Source: a virus (taxonomy: Duplodnaviria > Caudoviricetes). Taken from it: a stretch of DNA of 64,000 nucleotides. Where the stretch lies: the IMG/VR virus record IMGVR_UViG_3300013105_000022, positions 32,001-96,000 of that record, one strand, 5' to 3'. A model generated the notes under the pieces. That model saw only the letters and a list, made by a program, of their open reading frames with translations, did not search any database and had not been told where the DNA came from. The translations under genes were made by a program, and so were the position numbers. Shown here in pieces: positions 22,551 through 31,601 of the stretch; the first letter of the stretch is position 1, and every line of letters begins with the position of its first letter.

Positions 22551-23225
22551 ATGACTAAGACACCACAATACTTCTACACATCAGACACCCACATCGGGCA
22601 TCGTCTGGTCGCTCGCGAGCGCGGTTTCGTGTTCCCTGACCGAGAGCCGGAACTGGATCAGCGTACAGGTCTGTACCTTCCAGTACCTGATACAGGCGCT
22701 CACGACCGCGCACTGGCCCTTCACTGGGACACGACAGTGCGCCCTCAGGACTTCGTGTTCGTTCTGGGAGACATCTCCATCAGCGGTTCTGACTACGCGC
22801 TGGAGTGGCACATGAACCGTCCAGGCACGCTGGTTCTGATTACCGGCAACCACGACGATCCGTGGGGCTTCAACCGTGACGCCTACAAGGAGTTCGAGAA
22901 GTGGTCTATGGTCTTCCGTGGAGGAATCTTCCCTTTCCTTCGCCGCAAGCTCGGAGGTCACTACTTCCTGATGAGTCACTTCCCTTACTCGGGTACCGGC
23001 TCTGAGGGTCACGGTGCAGAGGAACGTCACAACCAGTTCCGTCTTCCTGACATGGGAACCAAGCTGATCCACGGTCACACTCACGACCAGGATCAGAGGG
23101 CACACGTCTCCGACAGTGGAACTCCACAGCTTCACGTCGGGCTGGATGCCTGGGATCAGAAGCTCCTCCACCAGGACACAATCCAGGGGTGGCTGGAGAA
23201 CCCGGACAGCACGTTCTTCCAGTAA
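22551..23225 (+). CDS. calcineurin-like metallophosphoesterase
   Basis: SDTHIGH, LGD, GNHD, SHFP, HGHTH; leaderless behind TATAGT. Confidence 0.85.
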   Translation: MTKTPQYFYTSDTHIGHRLVARERGFVFPDREPELDQRTGLYLPVPDTGAHDRALALHWDTTVRPQDFVFVLGDISISGSDYALEWHMNRPGTLVLITGNHDDPWGFNRDAYKEFEKWSMVFRGGIFPFLRRKLGGHYFLMSHFPYSGTGSEGHGAEERHNQFRLPDMGTKLIHGHTHDQDQRAHVSDSGTPQLHVGLDAWDQKLLHQDTIQGWLENPDSTFFQ

Positions 23226-23235
23226 TAGCACAGCA

Positions 23236-23268
23236 AAAGACCGCATATCTTGTAGATATGCGGTCTTT
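23236..23268. terminator. bidirectional terminator between converging blocks
   Basis: 15-bp perfect inverted repeat AAAGACCGCATATCT / AGATATGCGGTCTTT. Confidence 0.8.
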
Positions 23269-23280
23269 GTGCATCTAAGC

Positions 23281-23583
23281 TCAGTCGCGCTCTGCCATGT
23301 CTGCGAGGATGATGTCCATAGTGTCCGTTGGGACGGTCTGTGCGTCGATCCTGGGGCTTCTCGTCCACAACCAGAAGCCGATACCGCTACCGAGAGTGGC
23401 GAGGAAGCCTACGAGCACCACAATGCCGAAGAACCACGAGAGTCCGGCGTTCTCTGTCTTCCAGAAAATCCAGTCACCCACGACGTAGGCGATGAGCACT
23501 GCACCCAGTGTCATCACGAAGAGCGACGTGCATACTACGGTCCAGGCCACGGCTCTCAGCACAAGACCTCTACGCCTAATCAA
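23281..23583 (-). CDS. membrane protein
   Basis: Two TM segments. Confidence 0.6.
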   Translation of the reverse strand: MIRRRGLVLRAVAWTVVCTSLFVMTLGAVLIAYVVGDWIFWKTENAGLSWFFGIVVLVGFLATLGSGIGFWLWTRSPRIDAQTVPTDTMDIILADMAERD

Positions 23584-23923
23584 GGTACAGCCCCCTGCAC
23601 GCTCCGTCGCACCCGTGGATCATCTGGTAATAGGTGGTCTCTTCGCTGGTCGCGCTCTTCCAGAACTCGTACTGTGCCCTGGTGGGATGTCCGATGCCGG
23701 TATCCGGATCGATGACCTCCATGATGCCGCGATCCTCGCGCCAGTTCAGGGGCCAGTTGGCCCACGGCAGAGGTCCACGACGGTCATGAATGTCACACAG
23801 ACGACCCTCGCACTTCTCAGGCGCATGGGTATTGACCAACTCATAGCCGCCGCTGAGCTTGGTCCAGTACCCCGTCTCGGGGTCCTGCGTAACGATCATG
23901 TTCTTACTCCTCAAATGGTTCAA
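23576..23923 (-). CDS. hypothetical protein
   Basis: H..EKC.G..C.IH and HGCDGAC; start uncertain. Confidence 0.6.
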   Translation of the reverse strand: MNHLRSKNMIVTQDPETGYWTKLSGGYELVNTHAPEKCEGRLCDIHDRRGPLPWANWPLNWREDRGIMEVIDPDTGIGHPTRAQYEFWKSATSEETTYYQMIHGCDGACRGLYLD

Positions 23924-23970
23924 GACAGCCCCGAACCTCTACACGAAGTCCGGGGCTGTCTAGCTAGTGA

Positions 23971-25242
23971 TTAGTTGTTGGCCTTAATGCGACGTGCTAC
24001 TACGATAGTAGCACCACCAAGGATCATAATCCCACCCAGAACGAGAAGTCCGATACCGAACTCTCCACCGGTCTGAGCGAGGGTGTCCTCATCCTCGACT
24101 GCCGCCTTCACCGAAGCCTTGGAAGGCTCAGGCTTCGGAGTGACCACAGGGCATACGACCGCATCGTGCTTGACGGTCTCGACCCAGGCTTCCTTGTAGT
24201 TCTCGTTCTCTACCTGAAGTGTCGGCTCACCGACAGCAGGAACGGCAGGAGTGCCGGTAACAGCGGGCTTGTAATCAGGATTGCTGACAGTCTTGGTTGG
24301 CTCACCGATGGCAGGTACTGCCGGTACAGCAGGCGTGCCTGGCTTGTAGTCAGGGTTGCTGACAGTCTTGGTCGGCTCACCAACGGCGGGCTTTGCAGGA
24401 ACATCGATGATCTTCTCATCCCAGGCGGGAGTAACAACCACAGTCTCGTCGTAAGCTTCCTTGACGACCACAGTCTCGTCGTACGCGGGCTTGATAACCT
24501 CAGTCCAAGCGGCCTTGTCTACGACAACACGAGTCTGTCCGTCGTAAAGTGCCTGCCACTGACGCTCCCACTGAACCTTGTACTGTCCGTTACCGCGCTC
24601 ACCACTGGAGTGGAACTGAGGCGATCCGATGGGGTTGGTGTTCAACTGCCATGAAGTGTGAGTCTCCGGGCTGTACTTCTCCCATGCACCGTACTCCGAC
24701 CATCCGCCGTTCTTGGACTTGGTGCGCTCACGAGTGAACTTGGCGAAGTGGTACTCGGTGTGAGTAACAGCCGCGTGCTCCTTCACCTGAGCCTCATGGT
24801 GAACGACCTTCGTCTCAGCGTCGTGGTGAACGACCTTGGTGACGGCGGGGTGGTTCACGATGTGTGAAACTTCCTCGACAGCAGGCTCGTAGTCTTCGTT
24901 CTCGACTACGATGGTCGGCTCACCCACGGCAGGGACTGCCGGAATTTCAGGCTTACCGGGAACATAGTCCTCGTTCGGAACCGTGATCGTCGGCTCGCCT
25001 ACAGCGGGCTGGTCGGGAACGGCAGGAACCTCAGGCTTGTACTCCGGGTTCTTGACCGTGATCGTCTTCTCGCCAACGGCGGGATGATTCACAGTCGTGG
25101 TGTATGCGTCCTGAGGGACACACACGGATGCCTGTACTGAGGTATCAGCCGATGCAGGAACAACGACACCGGCTACAAGGCCAGCACCGATGAAAGCTCC
25201 CGCAACCGCGAGCACCCCCAGGCGCTTGAATGGATTCTTCAT
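23971..25242 (-). CDS. secreted sortase-anchored (LAQTG) Pro/Val-rich repeat surface protein
   Basis: Signal peptide ending ASA; six AVGEPT.TV.N..Y repeats; LAQTG, TM segment, RRIK tail. Confidence 0.8.
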   Translation of the reverse strand: MKNPFKRLGVLAVAGAFIGAGLVAGVVVPASADTSVQASVCVPQDAYTTTVNHPAVGEKTITVKNPEYKPEVPAVPDQPAVGEPTITVPNEDYVPGKPEIPAVPAVGEPTIVVENEDYEPAVEEVSHIVNHPAVTKVVHHDAETKVVHHEAQVKEHAAVTHTEYHFAKFTRERTKSKNGGWSEYGAWEKYSPETHTSWQLNTNPIGSPQFHSSGERGNGQYKVQWERQWQALYDGQTRVVVDKAAWTEVIKPAYDETVVVKEAYDETVVVTPAWDEKIIDVPAKPAVGEPTKTVSNPDYKPGTPAVPAVPAIGEPTKTVSNPDYKPAVTGTPAVPAVGEPTLQVENENYKEAWVETVKHDAVVCPVVTPKPEPSKASVKAAVEDEDTLAQTGGEFGIGLLVLGGIMILGGATIVVARRIKANN

Positions 25243-25274
25243 ATAGGTTTCCCCTCCAGGGATTGGTTTGTGTG

Positions 25275-25868
25275 TTAGTACGACACTACATCCATCGCGT
25301 AGTTCGTGTCAAGCGCTTTTTCAAGAACTTCTTCCCACTGCGACCAGTCCGTGATGCGTGGAAGCTGAAGCTCACGGTTGTACGGCTGATCGTAGAGAAT
25401 CTGAGTCCACGTAGGCTCTTCGTAGTGCCCGGTGATTCCAGGCTTGTCATCGAACAGCACATCACCACGGAGGCCGGTCTTGTCATTCGCAAAAACGATG
25501 CTCTTGCGGATGCCGAAGTCACGCTCGATGGAGTCTGCCTTGTCCTGAAGACACGTGGGGTTGTCCCACCACGGGCTGGTGGCGATCTGCACGTGATGAC
25601 CTTGCTCGATCATCTTGGCGATGGCCTCCTGAGACCCTGGAAGGGTCCTCAGTTCTCCGTAGAAGCCTGGGTGGTTGAATACCTCATCCACCACTGCGGC
25701 TTCCTCAGGAGTGAGGTTCAGACGGAGGTTGAAGCTCCTCTGATCGACAGCCCGAGGGATGTTGAGCAGATGCGGAGCCTTCTCGTTCAGAATCTCATCC
25801 CAACGGTACCCCCAGTCATAGAGGGTACCGTCCGCGTCTACGAGGATGTGGAGCTTAGGAAGCGACAT
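25275..25868 (-). CDS. 5'(3')-deoxyribonucleotidase, NT5C-type HAD
   Basis: LVDADGTLYD, ATSP, K, LFDDKP, QPYN. Confidence 0.85.
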   Translation of the reverse strand: MSLPKLHILVDADGTLYDWGYRWDEILNEKAPHLLNIPRAVDQRSFNLRLNLTPEEAAVVDEVFNHPGFYGELRTLPGSQEAIAKMIEQGHHVQIATSPWWDNPTCLQDKADSIERDFGIRKSIVFANDKTGLRGDVLFDDKPGITGHYEEPTWTQILYDQPYNRELQLPRITDWSQWEEVLEKALDTNYAMDVVSY

Positions 25869-26094
25869 CGCCTACCTTCTTCCGGGCGAGGTAGTCCTGA
25901 ATCTCCTTGCGGAACCTGTTGGCATTCCACACGCTCCAGACGATCAGAAGTCCGTTCAGGATGGCGAACAGGCTACCGACCTGAAGGTTGAGGAAGAGGG
26001 AGTAAACGCTGAACAGCGCCAGACCGATCCACAGGACGAGGAACACGATGCCGGTGATGAACTCCCAGCGGTACTGATACTTCATCATCATCAC
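25855..26094 (-). CDS. membrane protein
   Basis: Two TM segments. Confidence 0.6.
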   Translation of the reverse strand: MMMMKYQYRWEFITGIVFLVLWIGLALFSVYSLFLNLQVGSLFAILNGLLIVWSVWNANRFRKEIQDYLARKKVGDVAS

Positions 26095-26525
26095 TTCTCG
26101 TCGTCCTCATCGTCATCATCGGCGCTCGTCTGAAGCTCGATGTTCGGAATGATTGTCTCCGGGCGGAAAATCACCTGATAGTGATACGGGTCCGCATCCG
26201 AAGGCTCGGTCTGAATCGCCGTCACGGAAACGTTGTCTCCCATGCGGAAGATTTCCTTAACGTACTTGTCCTCACCGATCTTGCAGATTACGGTGGTCTG
26301 ATTCTCCGGGTCATCGTTACCGAGAGCGCAACGGCCCTCGATTTCGAAGAGGTAGGTGTCGTTCAGATCGTTGTGAAAAACTACCTTGCGGTTAATCTCG
26401 AAAGAGTCCGCATCCTTGGAGAGGTTGTAGGATGCAGTATCTGACTGACTGCTACATCCCGCCAGGCCAACAGCTACAGCGGCGAACGCAATCGCGCCAG
26501 CGGCGATCTTGGTTACTTTATTCAT
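26091..26525 (-). CDS. lipoprotein
   Basis: Lipobox LAGC after hydrophobic leader. Confidence 0.75.
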   Translation of the reverse strand: MNKVTKIAAGAIAFAAVAVGLAGCSSQSDTASYNLSKDADSFEINRKVVFHNDLNDTYLFEIEGRCALGNDDPENQTTVICKIGEDKYVKEIFRMGDNVSVTAIQTEPSDADPYHYQVIFRPETIIPNIELQTSADDDDEDDEK

Positions 26526-26529
26526 GAAA

Positions 26530-26802
26530 TTAGGCTCCTGCGGCGATAAGTTGAATCAAAGTGACGACGTGAATGACGATCTGGATAACAACGAAAATTT
26601 CCCAGGCGACACCGAGCACCCAACCGATGAGCGCTCCTCCGAGGAGGCCGACACCTGTGTTGTCATCGAGACCCTTGCTCTTGGAGGCACCGATGAGTCC
26701 ACCAGAGATGACAGTGACCCAGAAGATGATTCCGGTGATGGCGTGTCCGACGAAGAGCCAGATGACACCCCAGATGATTGTTGAGAGAATGGTAGGTTCC
26801 AT
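26530..26802 (-). CDS. membrane protein
   Basis: Hydrophobic; leaderless ATG at 26802 behind TTGACA-17-TATAAA. Confidence 0.65.
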   Translation of the reverse strand: MEPTILSTIIWGVIWLFVGHAITGIIFWVTVISGGLIGASKSKGLDDNTGVGLLGGALIGWVLGVAWEIFVVIQIVIHVVTLIQLIAAGA

Positions 26803-26834
26803 AGTTCTATTTATACGTGCACGTACGGCTATTG

Positions 26835-27875
26835 TCAAGCCTGTGCTTCGTATTCCTTTCCACGGCGCTGATAGGTGAGTGGTTCCTGGTAGAGGAGGGT
26901 GTTGTTGATGATGTCCACGGCGGCAGTCAGACGACCCTTCAGGTCATCCTCATCGAGAACGACGTAAGGAAGATCGAACTCCTCCAGAATGTTGATCCAG
27001 TACTGATCGTCAAGCTCGCGCTTGTCCCCTCCATACCGAAGAGGGTCGGCCTCGAAGGGAATGTTCGACTTGGTGACGATGTAAAGGTCACTACGAAGCA
27101 GACTGGCGTGCATATCCAGCCTCCCAGGAACGCTCCAGTGGTCCCAGTTCCGCCAGTACCCCAGGGTCGAGAAGAGGTCCGTATCCTGAATCACCAGAGG
27201 CTTCAGAGCGGTGTCGAACGTGGCCTCCTGGAGGGCCTTCTGTCCCAGATAGATGGCATCCATCTTTGCCACCGTCAGTTCGGAACCCACTGCTTCCAGA
27301 TAGGGACGTGCCCACTCAGGAAGTGTCGTGGATTCACGAAAGAGCTTTCCCAACTCATTGGTGAGAGTGGTCTTGCCGGTAGATTCGGCACCGAAGATGG
27401 TAACCGTCTTCTGAAGAAGGACGCGGAACTCGGGGATCATCTGATCCCACTCCCCGAACCAATCCTTTCGTACTTCAGTGCCCTTGGTGTAGCGGACCTG
27501 ACGATGAAGATCGTAAGGCATGAACACGCCGCGAGCAACTTCTGCCAGCTTCTTGCCGTACATCTCGGAAGCTACGATGTAGTCTCCCTTTTCGAACCCG
27601 TGGTCATTCAGGAACCTAACCCACATGTCCCAGAATCCTGGGTCATCCTCTGGCTCCTGAGGAAGTTCGCGGTGAATGCGATGAACCGTGATGATGTCGC
27701 TGATCTTTTCGACCGCGAGAACCAGGGACTCGAAGCGCTCTTCATAGTACGGCTCGTCAGGCTGAGTGTTCAGGATGACTTCAACCCGACCAGTAAGCAT
27801 GTGAGCGAACTTGATGAGGTCAAGGTGTCCCAGCGTGGGCGGAAGTGCTGTCATCAGCACGTAGCTCTTAGTCAT
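26835..27875 (-). CDS. nadR: NadR-like bifunctional NMN adenylyltransferase / ribosylnicotinamide kinase (no HTH)
   Basis: PPTLGH (HxGH-type) N-domain; GAESTGKTT Walker A; EWAR; DTD; DPLRYG. Confidence 0.85.
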   Translation of the reverse strand: MTKSYVLMTALPPTLGHLDLIKFAHMLTGRVEVILNTQPDEPYYEERFESLVLAVEKISDIITVHRIHRELPQEPEDDPGFWDMWVRFLNDHGFEKGDYIVASEMYGKKLAEVARGVFMPYDLHRQVRYTKGTEVRKDWFGEWDQMIPEFRVLLQKTVTIFGAESTGKTTLTNELGKLFRESTTLPEWARPYLEAVGSELTVAKMDAIYLGQKALQEATFDTALKPLVIQDTDLFSTLGYWRNWDHWSVPGRLDMHASLLRSDLYIVTKSNIPFEADPLRYGGDKRELDDQYWINILEEFDLPYVVLDEDDLKGRLTAAVDIINNTLLYQEPLTYQRRGKEYEAQA

Positions 27876-28482
27876 TGCCGTACTTCTCCTTTGCCCATTC
27901 GCGGCCATCGTAGACCTTGACGCCAAACTGTTCCAGGTCCTCAGTCACGTACTCATCACGCTCGGGGTGAACGGATGCGGTGAAGTCCTTGATAACGTTC
28001 ACCTTGAACCCCGCCTGAGCGAGGTCCTTTGCCGTGTGGAAGACACAGTAGTCGTAAGCGATTCCCACGACATCCACCGTGTCTACGTCGAAGTACTTCA
28101 GCGCCTCTACGAGTCCTACACCGTGAGAGTTCTTGCCCTCAGCGCCACTGTAAGCCGCCTCGTACTGCCCCTTCATGAAAACCCGCTCGCGGACATCATC
28201 CTGGTCATCCAGATCGATCAGAGGAGCGGCGAAGCTTGCTCCATCCGATCCAGCGACACAGTGGACGGGCCAAGAGTCCTGATAGTCAGGCTCATCCGAG
28301 AAGTGGCTACCGGGCTGGATGTGCCAGTCGGCGGTAAAAAGGACCAAGTGGCCCTGAAGTTCGAACACGGGGATCACTGCGGCGGCGAGGTTGTCAGCTA
28401 CCTGCTGACCTCCTGCGACGGCAAGCGAACCGCCCTCCACGAAGTCTTTCTGTACATCTACTACTACAAGTGCATTGGTCAT
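27868..28482 (-). CDS. pncA: nicotinamidase / pyrazinamidase
   Basis: VDVQKDFVEGGSLAV, DWH..PGSHF, WPVHC, KG, GIAYDYC (D-K-C triad). Confidence 0.9.
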   Translation of the reverse strand: MTNALVVVDVQKDFVEGGSLAVAGGQQVADNLAAAVIPVFELQGHLVLFTADWHIQPGSHFSDEPDYQDSWPVHCVAGSDGASFAAPLIDLDDQDDVRERVFMKGQYEAAYSGAEGKNSHGVGLVEALKYFDVDTVDVVGIAYDYCVFHTAKDLAQAGFKVNVIKDFTASVHPERDEYVTEDLEQFGVKVYDGREWAKEKYGND

Positions 28483-28518
28483 GTCTTAATCCTAGGTGAA
28501 GGGTGGTTCGCTGTCAAA

Positions 28519-29316
28519 TCAGCGGAGGGCGTTGAACTTGGCGGGGATGGCAGGCTTCCACTTGGGTGCCTTCTTCTCCACGGCCTCGCGCATGGCCTTA
28601 CCGGCAGGGTGGTTGGTCATCGACTTCTGACGGTTGTACGCCTTCTGCCACTCCCACCAACCCCATACCGAGGCAATGCCGAACACCAACTGCTGGATGG
28701 CGGCGAAGTACAGACCGCTCGTGAAGTACAGAACGGTACCGGCGAGGTTCACACCGATGATCCAGACCCACCAGTTCTCCAGCTTCTTGCGGTCGAGCAT
28801 GAACTGTGCCAGAAGGGTGAAGACGAGGATGGCGCTGTCCCAGAATGCGAAGGTACCGCCGAGAAGGGAGACACCAAGCACTGCTCCACCGTATGCGGCG
28901 GCAGTGACCAGGAGGTACAGAGGGATCAGCTTCGGCTTGATGTGCTCAACCTGGAGCTTCGGCTTGGAGTCCTTACCCCACATTGAGAAACCTACGAAGA
29001 GTGCGATAGCGAGGTATGCCGACAGGAAGGCGGAAGCCAGAAGGTTTGCCTGAAGGTAAGTAACGATGAACAGGGCGGATGCGGCGGCACCGATCATGTA
29101 GAACCAGCGGCGGCGCTTCACCGAGAGGTAGAAGCTGGCATAGTTAAGTGCCGTCGCTCCGACCTCGAATCCATTCAGAGTGGTGATCCACCCCGCCCAC
29201 GTGGCGATGAGGAAGCTGAGAACGGTCGCGACAATCGAGATGATCGCCGCCTGTACGAAGTCATTCTTGAGGAACGACGGCACTCTCGTCAGTGCGGGAA
29301 GGTAGGGAATAGTCAT
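28519..29316 (-). CDS. pnuC: PnuC-type nicotinamide riboside transporter
   Basis: Multi-TM; WDS...LAQFMLDRKKLENWWVWI..N; GWWEW. Confidence 0.85.
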   Translation of the reverse strand: MTIPYLPALTRVPSFLKNDFVQAAIISIVATVLSFLIATWAGWITTLNGFEVGATALNYASFYLSVKRRRWFYMIGAAASALFIVTYLQANLLASAFLSAYLAIALFVGFSMWGKDSKPKLQVEHIKPKLIPLYLLVTAAAYGGAVLGVSLLGGTFAFWDSAILVFTLLAQFMLDRKKLENWWVWIIGVNLAGTVLYFTSGLYFAAIQQLVFGIASVWGWWEWQKAYNRQKSMTNHPAGKAMREAVEKKAPKWKPAIPAKFNALR

Positions 29317-29353
29317 AACTCATGTATATACCCGAACCTGGGGTTTGTCAAGC

Positions 29354-29629
29354 TCAGTGCTTGCGATGCCAGTTCAGGTGGATAGCCACGTCATGGATCA
29401 ACAGACCACATTCCAGGCATCCCATCTCACCATTGTCACCCTCGCGGTCGATGAGACCCATCTGAATGGCGTCCTCGGTAATCTCCACATCTACGCGGAG
29501 CTTCCAGTACATCAGGGCAATCTCAGGCGTGTAGCCCTTGTGCTCTCCGAACCTGTCGTCAACGATCCAGTAGTACGGCTCGACATGGATGATTTCTGGA
29601 GTCGGGTATCCCCGGTAGGTATCGCTCAT
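29354..29629 (-). CDS. hypothetical protein
   Basis: C-x2-C...H-x2-WH; leaderless behind TAGACT. Confidence 0.6.
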   Translation of the reverse strand: MSDTYRGYPTPEIIHVEPYYWIVDDRFGEHKGYTPEIALMYWKLRVDVEITEDAIQMGLIDREGDNGEMGCLECGLLIHDVAIHLNWHRKH

Positions 29630-29647
29630 ATGTCCAGTCTACTCACT

Positions 29648-30100
29648 TTACTTGTAGGATTCGCGGTAAGACAAAAGTTGCTTGATTCTTGATGGATCAT
29701 CACCCAGCAGACCTAGCGCCATATTGCACTGTCCGCATAGTACTCCGCGAAGCTCTTCGGTCTCGTGGTTATGGTCGAAGTGCTTCTTCCTGCCATCAAG
29801 ATCGCGACCGCAGGACGCACATTTTCCGTCTTGAGCATCCAAGATTGTCTGCATCGTCGTTCTGGGTACCCCTCTACGCTTCTCGTAAACGTAGTCATTT
29901 CGAACGGCACGACACTTATCGCACTTGCATCTGTAGTTCGACTGGAAAGAGATAGTACCGTGTCTAGGATCATCCGGATTCTCAACTGCGTATTTAGCAT
30001 TACGAACTCTGCGTGCTCTAGCTTCAGCGGCTACTACAGCCTTGCAGTCTGTGCATCGGCACTTGAGAGCCTTGTAAGCGTGAGCGGTTCCATGTTTCAT
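29648..30100 (-). CDS. endonuclease VII-type HNH homing endonuclease
   Basis: Two HGT...Y..C.C..C repeats; CASC...DHNH...RGVLCGQCNMALG. Confidence 0.85.
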   Translation of the reverse strand: MKHGTAHAYKALKCRCTDCKAVVAAEARARRVRNAKYAVENPDDPRHGTISFQSNYRCKCDKCRAVRNDYVYEKRRGVPRTTMQTILDAQDGKCASCGRDLDGRKKHFDHNHETEELRGVLCGQCNMALGLLGDDPSRIKQLLSYRESYK

Positions 30101-30115
30101 AATTCATACTATCGC

Positions 30116-31327
30116 TCAGCGGACGAAGTTGGGTGCCATGACCATCAGAGACCCCACGAACTGCTCGGATTCGTGGTAGATGGGTGCTTGCTTGTTCTTC
30201 GTGGACTCACCCAGTCGAAGCTCAATCTCGCGTCCCTGTACACAGGACAGGAACTCCAGAAGGTAGCGGTGGTTCAGCGCAAGTTCCTTCTGAGTGGCAG
30301 GGCCAATGTACTCTGCGGCGATGCTTTCCTGAGAAGCGTTCCCGTTACGGTCCCTTGCGCGCACGAGCACAGTCCACTCGCCCTTAGTCTGTCGCACGGA
30401 CAGGAACAGAGCAGAGTACTCCGGATCAGCGTTGACTCGCACGCGCTTGATAGCAGAAATGAGTTCTTCACGGTTCACGATCAGCTTCTCCTCATTCTGG
30501 AGAGCAGGACCAAGCACAAGGTGATTCACGGCAGGGAACTCGAAGTTCAGTCGCTGAGTGTACAACCGAGTGTCACCAAGAGACAGCGATACTGTCGAGT
30601 GGCTGGATCGAATCTGAACCGTAGGCTCGCTGGAAGCTCGAAGCTCCTTGATAGCCGTCTCGATGAACCTCAGCGGAAAAGTGGACTTGAAGAGCTTGTC
30701 CAGGGATGGCACCGTGACCTTGTGAGCGCGCACGCCATCGCATGCAGTGATCTGAGACTTGGAGACCTCAGCCTGCATCAGGGACTGTCGCGCGGTCGTG
30801 CGAGCTACGGCAGGAAGAACAAGCTCCAACGCATTCAGAAGCTCATCTCGATCTACGTCAGAGACTTCCCACTGCGTGTCGTCGTCCGGAGTGAAGACCG
30901 GCAGGTTAGCTTCGACGGGAGGAGTGTTCACAGTCCATACAGCGCGACCAGAGCGCACAGTGGCCGTTCTGCCAATGACATCGATACGGACGGTGTTTTC
31001 AGGAGCTAGCTTGAGGATATCAAGCATGCGCTTGCCAGGAAGAAGAACATCACCGGACATACGTACTACGGCAGGACCCACCACTGTGATGGCACGTTCG
31101 CCATCAGTGGCAGATACTTCAACGGTATTCTTGCCATCGAATGCCTCTAGGAGCACATATGTCGTGTTCGGAATGACTTCCTTGGCCGGAGTCACTTCCA
31201 CAGCGCTGGAGAACAGAGCCACGAGGCTATATGCCTGTGCAGAGAACGAAAGACGAGCATCTACCGGAAGAATCTCCGGAACTAGCTCGTCTTCTCGCTC
31301 TGACAGATCAAGAAGATCGGTCATCAT
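30116..31327 (-). CDS. dnaN: DNA polymerase III beta sliding clamp
   Basis: ATDGE, ACDGVR, EFPAV, LISAIKRV, LNHRYLLEFL; clamp-like length. Confidence 0.8.
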   Translation of the reverse strand: MMTDLLDLSEREDELVPEILPVDARLSFSAQAYSLVALFSSAVEVTPAKEVIPNTTYVLLEAFDGKNTVEVSATDGERAITVVGPAVVRMSGDVLLPGKRMLDILKLAPENTVRIDVIGRTATVRSGRAVWTVNTPPVEANLPVFTPDDDTQWEVSDVDRDELLNALELVLPAVARTTARQSLMQAEVSKSQITACDGVRAHKVTVPSLDKLFKSTFPLRFIETAIKELRASSEPTVQIRSSHSTVSLSLGDTRLYTQRLNFEFPAVNHLVLGPALQNEEKLIVNREELISAIKRVRVNADPEYSALFLSVRQTKGEWTVLVRARDRNGNASQESIAAEYIGPATQKELALNHRYLLEFLSCVQGREIELRLGESTKNKQAPIYHESEQFVGSLMVMAPNFVR

Positions 31328-31575
31328 GCCCCCAAGTCGTCAAGCGACTTCTCGGTGGCGGCGACCTTCTCCAGAAGCTTCTCCTCGAACTCAGCACGAA
31401 GAGAGATTGCTTGATCGACAGAGGAGATTCCGAACTCCTCCCTGAGGAGATTCTGAGCCTCTTCCTGCTCCGCCTGTGCGCGCTCGCGGAGGACATCGTT
31501 ACGTGCCTCTTCCTGAGAGGCCTTGGCGATCCGCGCCTTGATGTCAGCTAGTCGAGATTGGATGTCAGTGCTCAT
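31324..31575 (-). CDS. coiled-coil hypothetical protein
   Basis: Leaderless behind CGTAAACAT. Confidence 0.65.
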   Translation of the reverse strand: MSTDIQSRLADIKARIAKASQEEARNDVLRERAQAEQEEAQNLLREEFGISSVDQAISLRAEFEEKLLEKVAATEKSLDDLGA

Positions 31576-31601
31576 AGTCTATGTTTACGCCTCGGGGTGT
31601 C

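Noticed and set aside
26817-31009. Long + strand ORFs (26817-27920, 27967-28986, 29765-31009)
   Set aside because: Antisense shadows of nadR, pncA/pnuC and the clamp; no RBS or motifs; expected with biased high-GC codon usage.
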